55,496 bases of DNA from an uncultured Methylococcaceae bacterium (GTDB lineage: Bacteria; Pseudomonadota; Gammaproteobacteria; Methylococcales; Methylomonadaceae), in the NCBI GenBank assembly GCA_903910205.1, contig CAIVYW010000484.1:1-55496 (forward strand), in the 5' to 3' direction. The translations under genes and the position numbers were made by a program. The notes beneath the pieces are model-generated. The model was not told the origin of the DNA, ran no database searches, and worked only from the letters and a program-made list of their open reading frames with translations. Below, piece after piece: positions 51,259-55,496 of this stretch; within the stretch, counting starts at the first letter, position 1; every line of letters begins with the position of its first letter.

Positions 51259-51283
51259 GGCGGATAACCTTGAGTTATCCGCC
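51259..51283. terminator. hairpin (terminator or REP remnant) after yccA
   Basis: perfect 10-bp stem GGCGGATAAC/GTTATCCGCC. Confidence 0.55.
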
Positions 51284-51290
51284 GTAGCGT

Positions 51291-51959
51291 TTAGTCTCTG
51301 CCGTTGAATACGCCCAACAACTGTAGCAAGCTCAAGAACAAGTTATAGATAGAAACATATAAAGAAATAGTCGCTAAAATATAATTAGTTTCGCCGCCAT
51401 TCACTATTTGACTGGTCTGAAATAAAATCATACCTGACATTAGCAAAATAAACATGGCAGATACCGCCAATGATAGTGCAGGAATAGCAAAAACAACTGC
51501 ACCAATACCGGCTAAAAAGGCCACCAACACACCAACCATTAAAAAGCCACCTAAGTAACTAAAGTCTTTGCGTGTTGTTAACGCATAAGCAGATAGCCCC
51601 ATAAATATGACGCCAGTACCCCCTAAGGCCATCATAATCAACTCATTACCATTGCTAAATGCTTTGACATACATGGATAAAATAGGACCTAGTGTTAAGC
51701 CCATAAAACCCGTTAAGGCAAAGACAAAAAGCAAGCCTAAGGCGCTATTGCTATATTTAGTGGTTAAAAACAGTAAGCCGTAAAAACCCACAAAGGTTAT
51801 CATCATACCGAAAGGCGGTAAGTTCATAACCATAGCCGCTCCAGCGGTTATGGCACTGAATATCAAGGTCATTGATAACAGCAAATACGTGTTTTTTAAA
51901 ACTCTATTGCTCGCCAGTATGCTGGCATCGGGACGTGAAATAGCGGTAGACATTTTCAT
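51291..51959 (-). CDS. yccA: Bax inhibitor-1/YccA family membrane protein
   Basis: NRVLKNTYLLLS, TTRKDFS, GGETNYILAT. Confidence 0.92.
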   Translation of the reverse strand: MKMSTAISRPDASILASNRVLKNTYLLLSMTLIFSAITAGAAMVMNLPPFGMMITFVGFYGLLFLTTKYSNSALGLLFVFALTGFMGLTLGPILSMYVKAFSNGNELIMMALGGTGVIFMGLSAYALTTRKDFSYLGGFLMVGVLVAFLAGIGAVVFAIPALSLAVSAMFILLMSGMILFQTSQIVNGGETNYILATISLYVSIYNLFLSLLQLLGVFNGRD

Positions 51960-52084
51960 TTTAGTTGAACTCCATAATATACAATTAAAAAATACACAGA
52001 CGACATGATTTTACAAGAGTTTCAACATCAGTGTAAAAAAACTTGTAAACGATGTTAGTCAGATAGCACAGCTGTAGCTCGACG

Positions 52085-52219
52085 CTCATCGTTACACACA
52101 AATATTAAGAAACCACCATACCCACAGGAAAGCGGGGGTCGAGTGCTAGAAAGAGAGTCATCTTTATAGGTCTAATAGCCTTAATTCCGACAATCCATAG
52201 CGGAATGACATGCGATGAG
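52085..52219. mobile_element. decayed copy of the CTCATCGTTATACAC MITE
   Basis: left end CTCATCGTTACACAC, truncated right end CGATGAG, cargo remnant ATTCCG..AATCC..GCGGAATGAC. Confidence 0.55.
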
Positions 52220-52281
52220 AGCTCAACAAAACAACTAAAACGCTACCATTTCAGATAAGACGCAATAATACTCCCCAACTT

Positions 52282-52321
52282 TTATAGGATGCGCTTCACT
52301 ATCGTTCAGCACATCCTATAA
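52282..52321. repeat. REP-like hairpin
   Basis: TTATAGGATG ... CATCCTATAA stem. Confidence 0.5.
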
Positions 52322-52470
52322 GGGGTATTTTATTTTTTACGAGTTACCTCACTTGTAAAATACTACGTCCACTTTTACATTTCAATCGTTAGACAACTGG
52401 GGGTAAATTATGAAAACGCTTACAAATCCAGTATATTGCACCCACAAATCACTTACCCTAAGCAGAATTT

Positions 52471-54117
52471 ATGCCTAAAACAACACCTACCTTCGGTCTT
52501 TTAGCAAAAGAGCGCACTATTGCCGGCCCTGGCTTTAATCGCTGGCTAGTTCCACCCGCTGCCTTAGCCATACATTTATCAATCGGCATGGCTTATGGCT
52601 TTTCGGTATTTTGGTTGCCACTATCCAAAGCCATTGGTATTAAAGAAAGTATTGCCTGTGGCCCTGAGGTCGGTTTTTTTCAAGAGTTATTTGTGACTCA
52701 ATGTGATTGGAGTATTTCCACACTAGGCTGGATGTTTACTTTATTTTTTGTCTTCTTAGGCTCCTCTGCGGCATTGTGGGGAGGATGGTTAGATCATGTA
52801 GGCCCTAGAAAGGCTGCGGTAGTGAGTACCTTATGCTGGTGTGGCGGTATGTTATTTTCTGCCTTAGGCATCTATGTTCATCAATTTTGGATGCTGTTAT
52901 TAGGCTCAGGGGTTATTGGCGGCATAGGCTTAGGTCTGGGCTATATTTCTCCGGTATCAACTCTCATTAAATGGTTTCCAGATCGACGCGGCATGGCGAC
53001 GGGCATGGCTATTATGGGTTTTGGCGGCGGCGCTATGATTGGCTCGCCCTTAGCGGCTGGCCTGATGAAAGACTTTGCCAGCACAACAGATGTCGGTGTG
53101 ATGCCGACCTTTGTGGTCATGGCCATGATTTATTTTGTGTTCATGATGGCCGGCTCTTTTACTTATCGAATACCCGCCACGGGCTGGACACCTAAAGGTT
53201 GGTCGCCGGCTCCCGAAGAATTAACTAATAGCATGATTACCCAACGCCATGTGCATGTAAGCCATGTTTTCAAAATCAAACAATTTTGGCTGTTATGGGG
53301 GGTGTTGTGCATGAACGTGAGCGCTGGCATAGGCGTCATCGGAATGTCATCACCAATGCTGCAAGAAGTGTTCGGCGGACAATTAATTGGCGTCAATAAA
53401 ACCCTTGCTGAACTTGATAAGCCACAGCTTGCCGCTATTGCAGTCGTCGCAGCTGGGTTTACGGCTCTTTTAAGTCTGTTTAATATCGGTGGTCGCTTTA
53501 TCTGGGCGAGTCTCTCAGATTTATTAGGCCGCAAGAAAACTTACATCGTTTTCTTTGTATTAGGTGGATTACTTTATATCAGTGTTCCCGGTAGTGCGCT
53601 GGCAGGTAACAAAGTATTATTTGTAGGTGCTTTTTGCCTTATTTTGAGTATGTACGGCGGCGGATTTTCTACCGCTCCTGCTTATCTAGCCGATTTATTT
53701 GGCACTCAAATGGTCGGTGCTATTCATGGCCGATTATTAACCGCTTGGGCGACAGCGGGTATTTTAGGGCCGGTTATCGTTAATTACATGCGTGAATATC
53801 AATTAAGCTTAGGCTTACCTCGCGAGCAAGTGTATAACCAAACCATGCTTATTTTGGCCGGTTTATTAATAATAGGCTTGCTATGCAATTTACTGATTCA
53901 TCCCGTCGCTGATCGCTGGTTTATGACGGATGATGAATTAGCAGAAGAAAAACGCATTGCTCATGAAAAAACAAACCAAACCACTCTCAGCTCAACAAAG
54001 AACAGCGAGCAATCTACACCGCTCATCATTGTAATACTTGCATGGGTAGTCGTTATTGCTCCGCTGTCATGGGGTATTTATAACACGGTGATTAATGTGA
54101 GTAAGTTTTTTACCTGA
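52471..54117 (+). CDS. OFA-family MFS transporter (oxalate/formate antiporter-like)
   Basis: GFNRWLVPPAALAIHL, KWFPDRRGMATG, YGGGF...LFG...GAIHGRLLTAW. Confidence 0.9.
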   Translation: MPKTTPTFGLLAKERTIAGPGFNRWLVPPAALAIHLSIGMAYGFSVFWLPLSKAIGIKESIACGPEVGFFQELFVTQCDWSISTLGWMFTLFFVFLGSSAALWGGWLDHVGPRKAAVVSTLCWCGGMLFSALGIYVHQFWMLLLGSGVIGGIGLGLGYISPVSTLIKWFPDRRGMATGMAIMGFGGGAMIGSPLAAGLMKDFASTTDVGVMPTFVVMAMIYFVFMMAGSFTYRIPATGWTPKGWSPAPEELTNSMITQRHVHVSHVFKIKQFWLLWGVLCMNVSAGIGVIGMSSPMLQEVFGGQLIGVNKTLAELDKPQLAAIAVVAAGFTALLSLFNIGGRFIWASLSDLLGRKKTYIVFFVLGGLLYISVPGSALAGNKVLFVGAFCLILSMYGGGFSTAPAYLADLFGTQMVGAIHGRLLTAWATAGILGPVIVNYMREYQLSLGLPREQVYNQTMLILAGLLIIGLLCNLLIHPVADRWFMTDDELAEEKRIAHEKTNQTTLSSTKNSEQSTPLIIVILAWVVVIAPLSWGIYNTVINVSKFFT

Positions 54118-54165
54118 TATAGATGGTTATCAACTTAAGACAGTGTGAATAGTATATCGGTCTAC

Positions 54166-54356
54166 TACGGGGCGGAGTTTGCAACCCCGCCCCGTATGTA
54201 GATTGCTCGCGAGACGGGGTTTATAACCCCGTCTCAATCGTTTGATATTGCCATTATCTTTGATAAGATCACAAAAAAAACATGTCTACTTTTGGTTATA
54301 TAACGCCGTTTTGGTCCATCTAAACGTTTCGATCGGGGTTGCAAACCCCATCTCGC
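54166..54356. repeat. REP group of the GACGGGGTTT..AACCCCGTC family (3 hairpins)
   Basis: TACGGGGCGG..CCGCCCCGTA; GAGACGGGGTT..AACCCCGTCTC; GGGGTTGCAAACCCC. Confidence 0.75.
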
Positions 54357-54370
54357 ATGTAGCTCTGCGT

Positions 54371-54488
54371 CACTGCCCACAGTTAAGAGAAAATAGTAAA
54401 AAACGTGGCGTGCTGAGCTTCAGCTATTGCACTTTAAAACAGCTGAAGCTGTTTTACTCCCAGCAGATTATTTAATCTGTGGGCAGTG
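54371..54488. mobile_element. second copy (inverted) of the IS4-like MITE, again in the same host REP family
   Basis: IR CACTGCCCACAG/CTGTGGGCAGTG; interior homologous to the reverse complement of 39241-39362; followed by CAGAGCGTGGGAACGAT. Confidence 0.8.
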
Positions 54489-54589
54489 ACACAGAGCGTG
54501 GGAACGATAAGAAAAGCTTTCACTACCGTTTTGTCCCAGCCCAGCTAAAAAATGTTTTACTACAGCGGATATAGCTGAGGATTTTATAG

Positions 54590-55496
54590 TTAAAAAAATC
54601 CCAATGGATTAATGTCATAGCTGATTAGCATGTTTTTAGTTTGTTGATAGTGATCCAGCATCATTTTATGATTTTCACGGCCTATGCCTGACTTTTTATA
54701 ACCACCAAACGCAGCGTGGGCCGGATAATGGTGATAGCAGTTTATCCATACCCTGCCCGCTTGAATACCTCGCCGCATGCGATAAGCACGATTCGTATCA
54801 CGCGTCCAAAGACTCGCACCTAAACCAAATTGGGTATCATTGGCAATGGCCAAAGCCTCGGCCTCATCTTTAAACGTAGTCACTGAAATAACAGGACCAA
54901 AAATTCTTCCTGAAAGATACGCATTTTATTGCCACCTTTCATAATGGTTGATTTAATATAGTAGCCCTCAGAATAATCAGCCCCTAAAGCAGCCACTTTT
55001 CCGCCCATTAATACTTCAGCACCTTCATCCTTACCAATTTGTACATAAGCTAGAATTTTATCAAACTGTTGTTTTGAAGCTTGAGCACCGACCATGGTTT
55101 CTGTATCTAAGGGATTGCCGCGTTTAATCTGCTTGGATCTAGCGATCACTTTAGCGATAAACTCATCGTAGATAGATTCCTGCACTAATAAACGTGACGG
55201 ACAGGTACAGACTTCACCTTGATTAAAAAAAGCCAGTACCGCACCTTCAACGCATTTACTGACATAAGCATCTTCTTGAGCCAAAACATCCTCAAAGAAA
55301 ATATTAGGCGATTTTCCGCCCAACTCAACCGTGGATGGAATCATGTTTTCTGCCGCGCATTTTAGAATATGCTCACCGATAGGGGTTGAACCGGTAAAGG
55401 CAATTTTTGCAATCCGGGTACTGGTTGCTAAAGCTTGCCCCGCTTCCGCACCATAACCATTGACTATATTAATAACACCAGCCGGCAATAGATCGC
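54590..55496 (-). pseudogene. aldehyde dehydrogenase (AldB/ExaC-like), frameshifted; 5' part lies outside the window
   Basis: ELGGKSP and NQGEVCTC in one frame, TTFKDEAEA...[12 protein letters not shown] in another; the EEIFGPV motif is broken by loss of one base near 54904. Confidence 0.8.

Noticed and set aside
51960-52470. tRNA gene next to yccA
   Set aside because: no cloverleaf or T-loop GTTCGA motif; only decayed repeats are present
532-53534. short antisense or alternate-frame ORFs inside known genes (e.g. 532-858, 3078-3314, 9014-9496, 29566-30018, 48022-48231, 53163-53534)
   Set aside because: shadows of well-supported genes, with no motifs or initiation signals of their own
54242-54475. 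77-aa ORF
   Set aside because: made of REP and MITE sequence

Overview
Chromosomal segment of a fairly AT-rich gammaproteobacterium; the proteins look like those of Methylococcaceae methanotrophs (inference from sequence style, no search run). Most of the window is housekeeping: trmL, infA, clpAS, nudJ-mnmA, a 6S RNA, pgk, rpoZ-spoT, kdsDC-lptCAB-rpoN-hpf-rapZ, ispH, kup, rsfS-nadD-proA, ribF-ileS-lspA and yccA. The best candidate for an undescribed system is an AT-rich three-gene operon at 44.4-50.7 kb. It encodes a protein with three degenerate CheW-like modules, a 6-TM chemoreceptor with three tandem periplasmic four-helix-bundle sensors, four HAMPs and a signalling hairpin shortened by about 11 aa on each arm, and a tightly coupled MscS channel whose cNMP-binding domain has lost the phosphate-binding motif. 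No CheA, CheY, CheR or CheB gene is present in the window. Other points of interest are: a pilA + TfpO-like glycosylation locus whose transferase is bracketed by direct REP-doublet copies and followed by a 42-bp palindromic tandem array; IS4-like MITE shells that carry REP cargo and insert into other REPs; a tandem pair of NhaD-like antiporters with altered acidic motifs; an octamer microsatellite in the clpS leader; and a frameshifted aldehyde dehydrogenase. No CRISPR array, tRNA, rRNA or transposase gene was seen.
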